64,000 nt of DNA from assembly GCF_021869535.1 (NCBI RefSeq), contig NW_026262604.1, positions 56,482,001 to 56,546,000 on the forward strand. The letters run 5' to 3'. Numbering within the stretch: the first letter of the stretch is position 1; the number at the start of each line of letters is the position of its first letter. Under the pieces are notes generated by a model. It was not told the DNA's origin. It ran no database searches and saw nothing but the letters and a program-made list of their open reading frames with translations. Below, in pieces: positions 14,350 to 28,400 of this stretch. Source of the DNA: Mytilus californianus. Taxonomy: Eukaryota. Made by a program: the position numbers and the translations under genes.

Positions 14350-14780
14350 TTATTTCTTTTATTCGAGCGTCCTTTATAAATATGTTGTAGACGAAACGCG
14401 CGTCTGGCGTACAAACTTCAATCCTGGTATATATTATGAGTTAATTTACAACCACTGGGTCGATGCCACTGTTGGTGGAGTTTTCTTCCCCGAGGGTTTC
14501 ACCAGCCCAGTAGTCAGCACTTCTGTGTTGACATGAACTATCATTGATATGGTCATAATTAGAAATGAACTGTTTACAAAACTTTGATTTTTCTCGAAAT
14601 ACTAAGAAATTTCTACCCATGGAATAGACTACCTTATCTGTATTTGGCGCGTCAATGCTCCTCAATTTTATTTTATTTGGCCGTTTTAAATTCTTTGATT
14701 CGAGCGTCACTATTGATTTTTTTAAATGAAACGCGCGTCTGACGTACAAAATTTCAATCCTGGTATCTATAATGAGTTAT
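14350..14780 (+). mobile_element. Degenerate ~335-bp retrozyme-like monomer between two hammerhead remnants (ACGCGCGT family)
   Basis: ttcgagcgtc...gaaacgcgcgtctg.cgtacaaa...caatcctggtat occurs at about 14362 and 14699; the CTGATGA core is decayed in both. Confidence 0.75.
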
Positions 14781-15276
14781 TTAAACTGCTTCAATCAAGT
14801 CTATTATAATATCTGATAAGGTGTGTACACAAAACTTTATTTCCGTTCCTAAATGAGGCCCTGGTGGTGAATGGTATGGATGGACAAGATATTGTCACTG
14901 TACAAAAATATCACTTTGTATATACATTTAGGGAAAACAGATCAGGTTTTCGGAAACAATACTAACAACACATGCTAGATGATATAACCAATTTCAGTAT
15001 GAAAAAGTTTTTTTGAATATTTTTAGTATTTCATTGTTGTAACATATATGATTTAGCTGTATTTATTATTATTATTTATATTGTAACTACTATATAATAT
15101 ACGGATGTTTAAGAGAAGACAGCCCGGTTCTTCTGATATTAACAAACAAGGATCTTGCACTTGAATACATAATTGGTGTATTGCTGGAGATACAAGTACT
15201 TGAATAGTGTTGTTTTACGAATTTTTACCAAACGCTTATGAACAGCGGTATGTTACTGTTGCATTTATTTAAAGAC

Positions 15277-15482
15277 TGTCATACAAGTGAGAGATTTAGT
15301 TAGCTATAAAACCGGTTTTAATCCACCATTTTCTACATAAGTAAATGCCTGTACCAAATCAGGAATATGACAGTTGTTTTCAATTCGTTTGATGTGCTTG
15401 AGCTTTTGATTTTGCCATTTGATAAGAGACTTTCCGTTTTGAATTTTCCTTGGAGTTCGGTTTTTTTGTTATTTTACTTTTT
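15277..15482. repeat. Interspersed repeat (gtcatacaagtgagag...ggagttcggtttttttgttattttac family)
   Basis: Copies or fragments at about 3680-3842, 9430-9535, 45230-45325 and, inverted, 46000-46330. Confidence 0.7.
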
Positions 15483-15802
15483 ATAGCAAATTTGTCGGTT
15501 GAACATTCAAATTTGAATTTGACAGTTAAGAACTTAATCTTAACCCCTACATAATAATGAATTCAAAGTATTTTATGATACCTAATTATTCCTTTATGAC
15601 CCCTAGAATGATCTTAAGTAACTACCACTTCAATGAGGTTAATTTGAAAATAAAAATATAAACATTAGCTGACATGTTATAATATAGATAATAGATTTCA
15701 GCAGGAATAGTATAGCACATCTGGATGTTTGAATAAATATTGTCACTTTATTTTTAACACGTACTGGTTTATTGTAGAGCTGATTCCCACCAATCAATCA
15801 TT

Positions 15803-16075
15803 ATTGATTGATTTATTGATTTATTGATTGGTGTAAAACACCTCTTTCAGCACTATTGCGCTATTTCATGGATGTTAGTTTTTTTTCTGGGAAGGAAGCA
15901 AGAGTGCCCGCAAAGAACCATTGACCTTCGGTAGGAAAAGAGAATATCCTAATTAAGATTGGAGTCGAGCGTACCTGCCACATGCGGGATTCGAACTCAC
16001 AACCTCAATGTTGATAGGCTAGTGATATAGTACTACTTTTCTCTTTATACTTAATCTACTCGGCTACCGAGGCCC
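15803..16075 (-). mobile_element. tRNA-derived SINE with (CAAT)n-like tail
   Basis: Reverse complement gggcctcggtagccgagtag (A box) ... gagttcgaatccc (B box). Homologous to 37372-37623. Confidence 0.75.
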
Positions 16076-16226
16076 ATACATTTGGTAGATATATCAAGGA
16101 CATACACCGTCTACAATCTTCCATCTGATGCTTTAAAGGTATTGAATGCAGGCTGATAAAAAGATAAAAAAAAAAAAAACCATACAAAGTGATACCCCGC
16201 ACTCCACTCTTAAGTAACTGTATTAT

Positions 16227-17197
16227 AACAAAGTCCATGTAGGACTTTCTTTGAGATATAATTGTGTCTGGGAGACACAAATTATGCCTCCGCAGATGCA
16301 AAGTGATATTTTAAAATACACGAAGTTGAGCATGGGAACACATAGGTCTATGGTTCACTGTAGGAGGAGTTATCTGGAAACGCTATTCACCTCTTATGCA
16401 AGTAAATACTCCAAAAATGACAAAGTTCAACTATCTCCCAAAAGAGCATATATTAATAAAAATCAAAACCCTGATCACATGCACACTTTCAATATATGTA
16501 CAAAAAGACAGCAAAGTGAAAACTTCCTAGCATTCAAACTGTAGGGGGAGTTATGCGGAATACCTATAACGTTATGCACATCTTATACTCCAAAAATGAC
16601 AAAGTTCAACTATCTCCCAAAAGAGCAAATATTAATAAAAATCAAAATCTTGACCACATGCACAGCTTCAATATATGTACAAACAGACAGCAAAGTGAAA
16701 ACTTCCTAGCATTCAAACTGTAGGATGAGTTATCTGGAAACGCTATGAACCTGTTACGCAAGTAAATACTCCTAAAATGACAAATTTCAAATATCTCCTA
16801 AAAGAGCAAATAGTAATAAAAATCAAAACCTTGACCACATGCACACCTTCAATATATGTACAAACAGACAGCAAATTGAAAAGTTCCTAGCATTTAAACT
16901 GTAGGATGAGTTATCTGGAAACGCTATGAACCTGTTACGCAAGTAAATACTCCAAAAATGACAAAAAATGACAAAGTTCAAATATCTCCCAAAAGAGCAA
17001 ATATTAAAAAAAATCAAAACCCTGACCACATGCACACATTAATATGTACAAACAGACAGCAACGTGAAAACTTCCTATCATTCAGACTGTGGGAGGAGTT
17101 ATCTGAAATAACTATAAACCCATGATAGGACGGACGGACGGACAGAAGGACGGACAGACAGGGGTAAAACAATATGCCCTCCGGGGGCATTAAAAAA
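16227..17197 (+). mobile_element. Non-autonomous Helentron/HINE-type element with about 4 internal ~180-bp repeats
   Basis: Units recur at about 16413, 16592, 16773 and 16954, followed by a (GGAC)n microsatellite and terminal hairpin acaatatgccctccgggggcattaaaa. The 5' tatgcctcc is inverted relative to the 3' gggggcat. Confidence 0.75.
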
Positions 17198-19391
17198 GAT
17201 AATTTGAATGTATATACCATAACATTCAATACGCGTGTCGTATATTTCTGAACATTGTCCAACGATTTGCAGGCAAATAAACAACAATACATGTAATTGA
17301 TTATACATTAACAACCAGTGGGAAATATATTCCATAACATCCCCCCCACCCCAAAAAATAAAAGATCCGGAGTTGTATTAACCGGGAACATACATTTGAG
17401 TAATGTACAATATGCAGATGACCCGCCCGTTATTGTAATAGCCAAAGGAATAGTAAATACATAAACTGTATAAACTGTATAAGAGAGGCGTGGGATACCA
17501 AAGGCACATTCAAGTTTAATAGTCGAAAATAAACTGACAACACCATAGCTAAAAAAGAAAAAGACAAACAGACAAACAACAGTACACAAAACACAACATA
17601 GAAAACCAAAGACTGAGCAACACGAAGCCCACGAAAAACTGGGGGTTTTATTTATTTTTTCTTTTTGCTATTTATAATAACAAAAACGCAAAATCGGGGA
17701 TTCTTATTGTTGAAACAGCTCAATGAGAAACTAAATGTATAGCAACAATAACTTTGCAACATATTACATTTATTTTACATCATTTGTATCGGATTGTTAA
17801 GGCTAAGTACGTTGAGGTTGATCATTAATTCTTTCAGCTATCAGGTGGCATTATTTACATCATGTAATAATCGATAAAGAAGTAGAAAAGATAATTGTAG
17901 GTATGCACTCACTGAAAGGTCTCGCCTGGTTTATTGAGATTCGAACAGCGGTTAACTACTATTGCCTAAATGTACTGATTATGATTAAACTTTATGTTGA
18001 TCAATTCTTACTACATGTCTAGATGGTAGGTCCTTCATTTCTGTAAATTAAATATGTAGGTAATTTTTCTCTATTCTTTATATTTTTTTGTCCATTATTC
18101 TCTATTCTTTATATTTTTTTGTCCATTATTCTCTATTCTTTATATTTTAGCAACCCATTATTCTGTAAACCCCATGAAGACCCTCATAAAACTTCTGTCC
18201 ATTATTGGATTGATTGTTTGATTGTAATGGAATGTTAAAGTTTGAAGAAAAAAAATGTTTTAAATGCCTAAGTATATCTTACTACACGTCGTTTAGAAAA
18301 TATATACCAGCTTGATTTTTTATAGTTGTTATTTAAAATATATTCAGTGGAAAGTGCTTTTCCTCTTATGTAACGTTATATGTGAGATTACCCATTTAGG
18401 ATGAATGTATGGTGCTTCGACCTCAAAGTGGCTTAATGTCCGACAGGAAGACTTAACTCAATTAAAATAAGAATAATTGACCAATCAAACATTGTAATAA
18501 ATGACAGCAATCCAACATTTATAGATTAACTCAAGACTGAGGTAATAGAATTATAAAACGGTCAAGGAATCATATGCATAATAACAAAAATATGCGCACG
18601 CATAAACAACAGAAAGATAAAAACAAAGCCTGTTAAATACAGTAATAACAGAATGATAGCTGATGCATTCGAATAATTGAACATAATTTACCTTGCAAAA
18701 TAAATTGCATATTAATTAATTTACTTTATATTGACTATAATTTTCTTCTTTGTAGGTCTTATTTACAAAAGGACTACTGATCATCTATTACATACGAACT
18801 AAATGTTTCGCGGAATGTGATCCACAAAAATGTGCGTGTCTTACAAAATTGTGCATTGACCATACTATTCATATATCTTTTTTTTAAATAGATTTGTGTC
18901 TTTATACAATAGTTGATAATTCGGTTAGATTTAGAATGTACACTCGGTCATACTTACTTTTTATCATGAAGAATAGATAATATTTCTTTAATATAACTCA
19001 ATTACAGATCTTTTACCGATACATTTCATTATACAATTTTTTTAATTATCGATGCGTTTGCAAGATTAAATAGTCAACATATTTCATTGCATTAATTGGT
19101 TAAAATTAACAGTTTACACGAACGTTACGCTGTGTTATTTATATTGCTTAGTGTTGTGACTTAAATTAAAAGATCTATGGACAGTGAAAAAACGTAAGCA
19201 CTATTTACTCTTAAAGTTCAAGGAACGCAAGTAAAGTGCAACTGTCAGAGGATAATCGTTAATCGATCCTGCATTTTGACTTTTTTGGGGCTTAAAAACC
19301 AAGGATATTCAGGAAGGAATTAAATATTTTCTGGACATTGTTTCTTTTAAAAAAAAACTGTGCAGTTTAATTTGGCGAAAGGCTTATTTTG

Positions 19392-19486
19392 ATGTCACCA
19401 AGTAGTACCGATCTGCAACAACCAATTTTATCAATGGATATCCTTGCAATTACTGCCATTGTTTTACTGATTATATACATATATAG
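19392..19486 (+). CDS. CYP exon 1 (membrane anchor, MSPSSTDLQQPILSMDILAITAIVLLIIYIYR)
   Basis: Hydrophobic stretch ending at donor AG|gtaaga in phase 2, matching exon 2. A second in-frame ATG at 19434 is an alternative start. Confidence 0.8.
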
Positions 19487-22400
19487 GTAAGAGCATATTT
19501 GTTTAAAAAAAAATTGAAGCAATGACATTTTACTGGATTAGGACATTGAACTTCTCAACAGACATATCGCATGCTTTTTAGTCAAATTCATATTATAAAG
19601 CTGAGTTTTTTCTGCATAAAAATAATAGAAATTAAGGATATACAGTATGATTGCGAAGCCTATTCATTGCCAAATATGTATTCATCAAAGATCAAAGCAT
19701 GGCAAATCTGAAACTTTATAGATGTTATGGTCAGATAACAGAATAATATGATCAGTAAATATACCAAGTGTGTCATATCCTCTATTTTGACTAAGGGAGC
19801 TACAATTTGATTTTTATGGGGAAGGGGGGGGGGGGGGGGGGGGGTCTAGGATGAAAAATGTTGTCCTGCCTTTTTATTTTTCCCTCTATTCGGTCCTGCC
19901 TTTTTATTTTTCACTCTATTCGATCCTGCCTTTTATTTTTTAATTTATCCTGACTTTTTTATTTAACTAAATTGTCATCCTGCCTTTTTATTTGCAAATA
20001 ATCTCATCCTGCCTTTCTTTTTAACTCAAAACTCCTGTCCTGCCTATTTTTTTCAAATTTCATCCTAGCCCCCCATAAAAATCAAATGGTAGCTCCCTAA
20101 GTAGATTAGCATGACGGGTGATGCATGCATAGCAGGATACATTTGCCTGATACATTAATCTGCAATTTACATCTTGGTATCATGGCGATACAAGAACATA
20201 TAAACAAGTAAACAGGAAATTCAAATAAATGAGAAACAAACCACTTTATTGCGTGCGTTTGAAGCCTTTTTCTTGATTTATGTAAGAACAACAAACACAC
20301 ACATACACATAACAATAAAACACCTCACGTGATCACATTGAAAAAATTATATCTTTGAACGTACAGTTAAATTGAACTTTTTGGAGTATAATATTATTGA
20401 TTGATTAATTGTTGTTTTGCTTAAGTGTAGTGAGCAGATATAAGAAGATGTGGTATGGGTGCCAATGAGACAACTCTCCATCCAAGTCACAATTTGTAAA
20501 AGTAAACCATTATAGGTCAAAGTTCGGCCTTCAACACGGAGCCTTGGCTCACATCGAACAGCATGATATAAAGGGCACCAAAAATGACTAGTGTTAAACC
20601 ATGAGGACTACTTATCGTTTGGAATATCTTGGCATTGATTGTTATAACCAATATGTACATGATCGTGTACCATTCATTTAGTTCAATCTGGTCGACTTAA
20701 TAATAAAAACAATACTTGACTATTTGTCAGAGAAATACATTTTAAAGGGATTCATTCGAGTTATACAACTGTTATTTATCACGAAAGAAAGAGATCAAGC
20801 ATGTTTCCACAGATCAAAACGTTATTTCAATTTAAAAGGTTAAGATAATAATTATCCATGAAGCCATAACCATTTAGCAATTAAATATTCATAGATGAAA
20901 TTAAAGTTTTAAAAATGTCAGCAAACAGTATATATAAATTTTGTATGATTTACTTTACAGGAAAATGCACAGGACTTATAGTATATTTCAGACGCTTAAA
21001 ATTCCCGGACCAAAACCGGTATGGATTCTGGGAAACATTCATGAATTTAAAGAAGAGGTAAATTGAACTGTTAGTAGTACTTCAAATTGTATAATTATCA
21101 GTGAAATATTATTAACAGTACCTATTTTACTGAACAAATTGTGCATTGTGCCAATTAATGTCACGTCCGTAATTCTGGAGGCTAAAATATTTAAAAAGCA
21201 AAAACTTATTAAAAATATGAAGAATTTATTAAATACAAACAGACAAAAGCCGCGCAAAGAATCAAGGACCGTTAGAATCCCCTCAATAATGTAGGTTTTA
21301 TTAAAACCGCGGGAAATTTGTCATGAAAAGACTATATCCACGTGTGCTGAATCGTTCCGAATGTTTACAAACAAATAAATGGTATATATCTCGTTACATC
21401 TGCTCTAATCCATCTATTGTAATACGTAAAATCTTCTTAACCTACTCTGTTATAACTTATTTTATGAGGTCAAGGACATGATACGCCCCAAAGCTTTGTA
21501 TTCAATACAATAATTGGATTTTAGATACGTCTGTTTATATTTCAAAGATATCTCATCTTAATTGACTATTAGCACGCGATAAGTCTGTAGTGCATTACGT
21601 GCATTGCAACTTAAATAGTTATTTGCCTTACTCGTAAGACAAATTAGAATAAACCTATTTATAAAGGGTCCTGAAAAACTTTAAAGAATTCGAAAAATGA
21701 CGATTATCATTTGATATAATAATAAAATCAGGAGACAAACAAAGGATGAGAAAACAACGCAAAAAGTCAACTATAAACTCGATGGAGGCACCATGAAAAT
21801 TTATAGAGTGTTAAATTTTTACTGCATCGGGTCGATACCGCTTCTGGCTCACTTTGGTACTGACATGATTTGTAATCAATCTTTCTAAAATTGTTCGTTT
21901 ATGAATTTATAATTTTTTTAGAAACTAAGGTTTCACATCCCTCAGGTAAAGCTGACCTTAGATAGATTTGACTATTCAGGTCTTTTCTGGTCATATAGCT
22001 CTTCAATTGTTTTGGTTCTTATATACTATTGGCTTTCACATGTTCGGCTTTGAACGTTACGGATCATGATGAAGGTAAATTCAGAATAGCGCTTCTGATG
22101 CATGAACATCATAAAGTAATGTTTCATTTTTTTTTAACGAACCGAACTTCCCTTTTGATAATTTTTAGAAGTGTAAACAGTCTCTATTCCACCAGTATGA
22201 ACTGTAGAGTTTGATAAACAATCTTGATTATCAAAGGCGAAGGAACCTTTTGTATTGATATCGAGCCGATAAATGCATTAACTATTTGGAATGATCATGT
22301 TTATAGAAAGATAAGAGTTAAAGATCAATAAGAAAGACAGCATCCCAACGATACAAATAACCAAGATACATTTAGAGGTCAACATACGGTATTAAAAACG

Positions 22401-25400
22401 ACAGGTTTTTACGCAAAATGTCAAGCTCTAGGCCGTTTCAATAGTAGGAAACCTGTGAATACATTGAACATAGACCATTAACGATCTATTAACAATAGCA
22501 AGTGCCCGACATCAATTATTTATTAAGTTTTATCTTAAGACATCAAGGTATGAGCTTCATGGATTTAAACAGGAGTATACATATGTTGCAACACCCGCAC
22601 CCGTCGGTGTGTTATACGAAAAGAAAACCCTTAAAGTATGCATTATCTATAACATAATTGCGAATTTGCCTCTCAAATTTCAGGACAAACTGTCAATGTT
22701 TAAAGTCTGGAGAAAAAAATATGGTGATGTTTACGGGTAAGTATCCTTTTAATGCAGGAACAGGAGAGTGAAAGCAATTTTAAAAAAATATTTCATGCCG
22801 GCTTACATTTATATTTATATTTAAAAAATCTTACTTTATTTACGAAAATTGTCTCTCAACAAATTCGTATCATCGTCTGTTTATGTTTATGTATTTTCAA
22901 CAAGTATAATGCTACGAAATAGATTTATTTGTTTTTTCAAATATTTCCTTTGTCAGTATTTTTTTTATGAATTGTGAAATGGGTTTGCTCATTGTTGAAG
23001 GCTGTACAGTCACCTATTAATGTTAATTTCTATGTCATTTGTTCTCTGGGGATAGTTGTCTCATTGGCAGTCATACCACATCCTTTTTTATAACGTAGTC
23101 TTAACAATATGAGTAGCTAAAACGCAGATATTTGAAACACAATATTCTACCTAATGACCTAATAGTATACAGCCAGACAAAAGAAATTATAGAATATATG
23201 ATATAATGAAATACTTAATAGCATTATATATTCATTAGATCCAGTGTTGTTTAAATCAGGATATTCACAATCAGTTCGGTCGTTGAACTTGGCAGGTACA
23301 ATATTATTGGGTTAATAAGTCATTATATCTACTTAGTTATGAGTTATAAATAGATAAACATTAACTCAGATTTTCCCAACAGAGATATTGCAAGGAATCA
23401 ACTGTTTGACATAGTACATGTAGTATGAAGCTATTGAGCTCTGTCTTGGTCTCTGAGCTCAGTTGTTGATGAACCTGACTATTGTGACTCTCATCTGATA
23501 GTCTACAAAAATCAATATGCATAAATGGTACTAATATAGAATAAAATTATTTCATGCATGTGTGGTACATATACAATAAGTTTTTCACATAATGATTTTG
23601 TAGGTTCTACGAAGGATTCAAACCTAGTGTTGTTGTTTGCGATCCTGAAATGTCAAGACTAATTCTGGTGAAACACTTTGAAAAGTTTCATATAAGACCA
23701 GTATGTATTTAAATATGTAGTTTGATATATGTATTAACAAACTTCAACCACACAGCAATACAATGACGTGAAACATACACTTTTCTTGATCGGAATACTA
23801 ATGTAGTAAAAACAATGATGGAGGTTTGCATTTAAATTTTTGGAATTTGTACAATCAAAAATTGTTTGAAAATTTCCATTCTAACAAAAATGTTGAATTT
23901 CCATTTACATTCAAATATAATATGTTTAACTTACATGGCAAATACTAAGGACATAAATTAAATTAGGACGACAGTAATTTACCGATGTTCAAATCTCGTT
24001 AATCGATTAGGAAGAGACAAATCAAGGTAACAAACAAAATCAGGAGATTCACCTGAATTTCAAAGGGAGCGACACAGGATACATCTACAGGAAAAGCGTC
24101 TCCTATTATGCATGCATGATCCGCATTACAAATGGACTCATTTATGATACTGATTTCACTGAACGTGACACGCGTTATTTTTCTCCTAGATGTCCTTAAT
24201 AAAGAACCTTCGTAATTAATACAATCACCGTATTTACAAACTGAAAATTTGAGTAAAACATTTATGATTTTGATCATGTAAATACAAAAGCATCCATAAC
24301 CGGACGCGTGGTATCCTCTTGAAGATAATTCTATTGTAGTTTCTGCTGGAAGTTCTACTGTCGGAAATGTAATTCATCTTAGTGACACCAGGCACCAGGA
24401 CATTTCGACAGAAACACCAAGTTAACACGACAATACGGTCATTCCGATTCAAATGCAAAATAACATAATCAAGAAAAAATTGCGTTTTAATTATTTTTTA
24501 GGTAAAAATTTTGTAAACAGTACATTCCTTAAATAAATATTCACTTAATACATTTCGTGAGTCCGAAACGCCTTAATTGATTGTAGTTCATCAAGAATGA
24601 TCACGCCTAATTATTTGAAAGCCTGTGATGTATCAATACTTAGAGATGTCAGGAAGAGACAGAAAAGAAACAAATATAATTGTAATATTTATAAAGTCAA
24701 TTATGTCTGAGAGAAATGGAACCTTAATCTTTTTTTAAAATAATTTCTTAATTTCTAACGGGGAGAGTTTTAGAAGTGTGTGTTTTAAATCACTTACTAC
24801 TGAAAAAATGTATAACACAAATAACGAACTCCAAGGTAAATTGAAAAATGGAAAGTCAATTTAAAATGCTGGACCATATCAAACAACGGAACAACTGGTA
24901 AACAAAATGTAATTTTTCTGACTCGGTACAGACATTTTCCGACCTAAATTGTGGGTAAAATGGATGATAAACTCGGGTAATAAAAGGCCACCAGCAGTGA
25001 TATTGATCAAGTGCTAATTACAAAAATACCAATTTTAAAATGTCGTCCGTTCGACCGATCTCGACTGACGTCAACGATACGTAAACACTGGACGTTTAAT
25101 TGGCTATATGTGTGGCTTTCAGTACTTATATCGAGTGTTTCTTGATCCCTTTTGATCGTGGGGCCCTTTCATAATGAGTGTCGTGGTATTTAATGTTATA
25201 TATATATATATATAAACATGTATATATATTAGTCTAAATTGAAAACAACGCTCAAACCTATGATTGCGTTGGATAAAAACCGCAATTTTTATACGTGTGC
25301 ATGCAAAACAAATTTCTTGGTAGAGGGATCTAAATACAGCACAAACAACATTTTCCAAAAGATCAAAAAAGTGAAAAAGTATATTTAAAAAAAACCGCAT

Positions 25401-28400
25401 TTGACTAACAGGTTGAACAACGGATGTTCTTAAATCCTGCTGACTGCCATTGGCGATTGCCAAATAAAAGGATCACAAGATGTAACAAAATGGATCTTTA
25501 TTATTAATTTAATACCAAACAGAAAACAATAAACTTGCGGAAAAGATGGTATACCGCAAACATGAGGTGCAAAAATTAGTACACCATATCCAGATTTGGA
25601 CAATTAATGTCTCTTCGGTGATGTTAGGAATCGAAACGGTATTGGAAGGCCATATAATTTACCTCAATTTAGGATAGACTCTTGAATTTTGAAGAGTCGA
25701 AATAGGATGAACGGATCATATAAACCCGAAGGTACATATAATACAAGCCCAAACGATAAAATATAAATAAGTCTAAATTGAAAACAACGTTCAAACCTAT
25801 GATTGCGTTGGATAAAAACTGCAATTTTTATACGTGTGCATGCAAAACAAATTTATTGGTAGAGGGATCTAAATACAGCACAAACAGCATTTTCCAAAAG
25901 ACCAATAATGAAAAAGTATATTTAAACAAAACGCATTTGACTAACAGGTCGTACAACGGATGTTCTTAAATCCTGCTGACTGCCATTGGTGATTGCCAAA
26001 TAAACGGGTCACAAGATGTAACAAAATGGATCTTTATTATTAATTTAATACCAAACAAAAAACAATAAACTTGTGGAACAGATGGTATACCGCAAACATG
26101 AGGTGCAAAATTGTGTACACCATATCCGGATTTGGACAATTAATGCCTCTTCAGTGATTTTAGGAATCGAAACGGTATTTGGAAGGCCATATAATTTATC
26201 TCAATTTAGGATAGATTCTTGAATTTTGAAGAGTCGAAATAGGATGAACGGATCATATAAACCCGAAGGCAAATATTATACAAGCCCAAACGACAAATTA
26301 ATTGTGTTAAGCATTTCAAACTGTTTTTTTGACGTCTGATTTTCGTTATGGCGCTATGCCGTCATTTGTTTGAAAAATAATGAATCTAAGTATTGTACAT
26401 TTATGATATAATCGATATTTAATATTTGAAGTTTGTTTTATTTTGTCTAGAAAACTTTCCTTGCCATTGTCTAACGAGAGACATATGTTCCTAGCGCGGT
26501 CTGTCGACAAGGTTCATATATGCATGTTTAGCGCAGTCAAATGGTTTAATGGCCTTTAGAAGTTAAGAACAATACCGTACCGTGAATAAGATAAATTGAT
26601 TCAAAGTTTGTTTGCAAATAAAAGAGAAAATAAATCCAACAAAGCGAAATTCAATAAAAAAAAATCAAATAACTCTTCTATTTACATATTGCTTTATTTT
26701 TCAACTGAAATGACAAAGGCTCATATTTGTAATACTTAATTCAAAATAACAAGCTTCCCAAATGAAAAAAACTTCAAGAAGGTTTTTTTGCACAGAATGA
26801 CGAAACAATTAACACTGCTACTATAATAACTTAAAAGTTCTGCCTTTCCGCCTACATCCACAACCCTATTAAAAGAAGGCTATTATAATGCAATGTATGC
26901 ACAGGATATCTCTGCTTTTGTGTAAAAGTTATAGTCTATTACAATACAATCTATTACGTGTTTATTTCTTTAAACTCATTATCTATCATCAAAACTCATT
27001 GATCCGCCAAAGACTCTCATATGATATCTTGGGTTTTATTACGTACATCATCATCGTAAACACTAAAAATAGAAATCCACATTTCCTTTTACTTTATCTC
27101 ATGTTGAATTATCTATTTTTCGATGTATAATCTTTTAAGGTCCTAACTCTGAGCGATTTGATTTGAATGTATCGTGCAAAATATCCTTAGCCGGTATCTT
27201 GAATGGTATTTGTAAATAGATATAGGAAATATCCGATGATGCCAACCAGCACAAAAAAAAACGCTAATAGTTTATTAAGTATCTCATATTTTCCATTTAT
27301 GGCTCAACTATGTTCCTTAAATAACAAATCTATTTTCATGACTGATTGAAGAATAACTTTTAAAGCTATCTTCATAATTTAAAAAACAAAATACTTGGGG
27401 TGTTCATTATTTTTGAGCGATACAATTTGTTAACAGTGAAATAAGAAAACCTTTTTGATTTTCAGTTCGTTTATATACTGTCACCAATTAATACGATTGC
27501 CTAAAATTGCCTATGCAAAACTATGAATTATGAATATGCAATTGCCCTTCAGAAATTGTATGGTTCCATTTCCCTGTAATCAATGCACTAAATTATGAAA
27601 ATAACACCTCTGGAGCATCCCACGCAATTTTCTAGACTACCATCATCAGAAACGTCTCAAATCCTAAATCTGATAACCAAGGATGCATTTTACTCGAAAA
27701 CTTGGTATATTTCTACCTTTAACATTGCAATCTTATGACACGAGGTTGAATTGTAATTTATAAGAATGTTGATTATTCATAGAGAGATCTGAATTCCTTA
27801 ATTTGCATCAATAAAATAAAATGATTATTTAGCCTTACAGTATATTGAAATTCTTGAAAAAACCTTTAAAGGAGTGTACCAAATTATACATTAAAGGCAT
27901 TAATTATCAAATATTAAGTTCCACTGCACTCATGAAACGTGTAAATGTTTACCTTATATTGATAGGTAGATTTGGTTACTATGTCACGTACTTTTTGGAT
28001 AAAATAGATCCTCAACTATGAACTAGATTTATCCCTGGGTTTGTACTTTCATGAGTAAGAAGACGGGTGCCGCCTTTGAAGCAGGAACTGCTGAACCTTG
28101 CGGAGCACCTCGGATCATCCCCGGCTATTAGGTGGGGTTCGTGTTGTCCAATCTTTAGTTTTCTGCGTTTTGTTTTGTTAAGTGTTGTTTGTCCTTTGGT
28201 CGTTTTTCATTTGTTGCCATGGCATTGTCAATTTGATTTTGTCTTATGGGTTTGAAAGTCCCTTTGGTATCTTTCGTTTGTCTTTTACACACATATATCT
28301 CATATGTCTGTAATGCATATTAACTCACATGTTTGACATATGATTGCAATGCATATTTACATACATGTATGCCACATTATGTCAATGCACATTTATCATT

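Noticed and set aside
15960-16075. A-box/B-box sequences as tRNA genes (also 8240-8312 and 37540-37623)
   Set aside because: No complete cloverleaf, and each is attached to a SINE body and tail.
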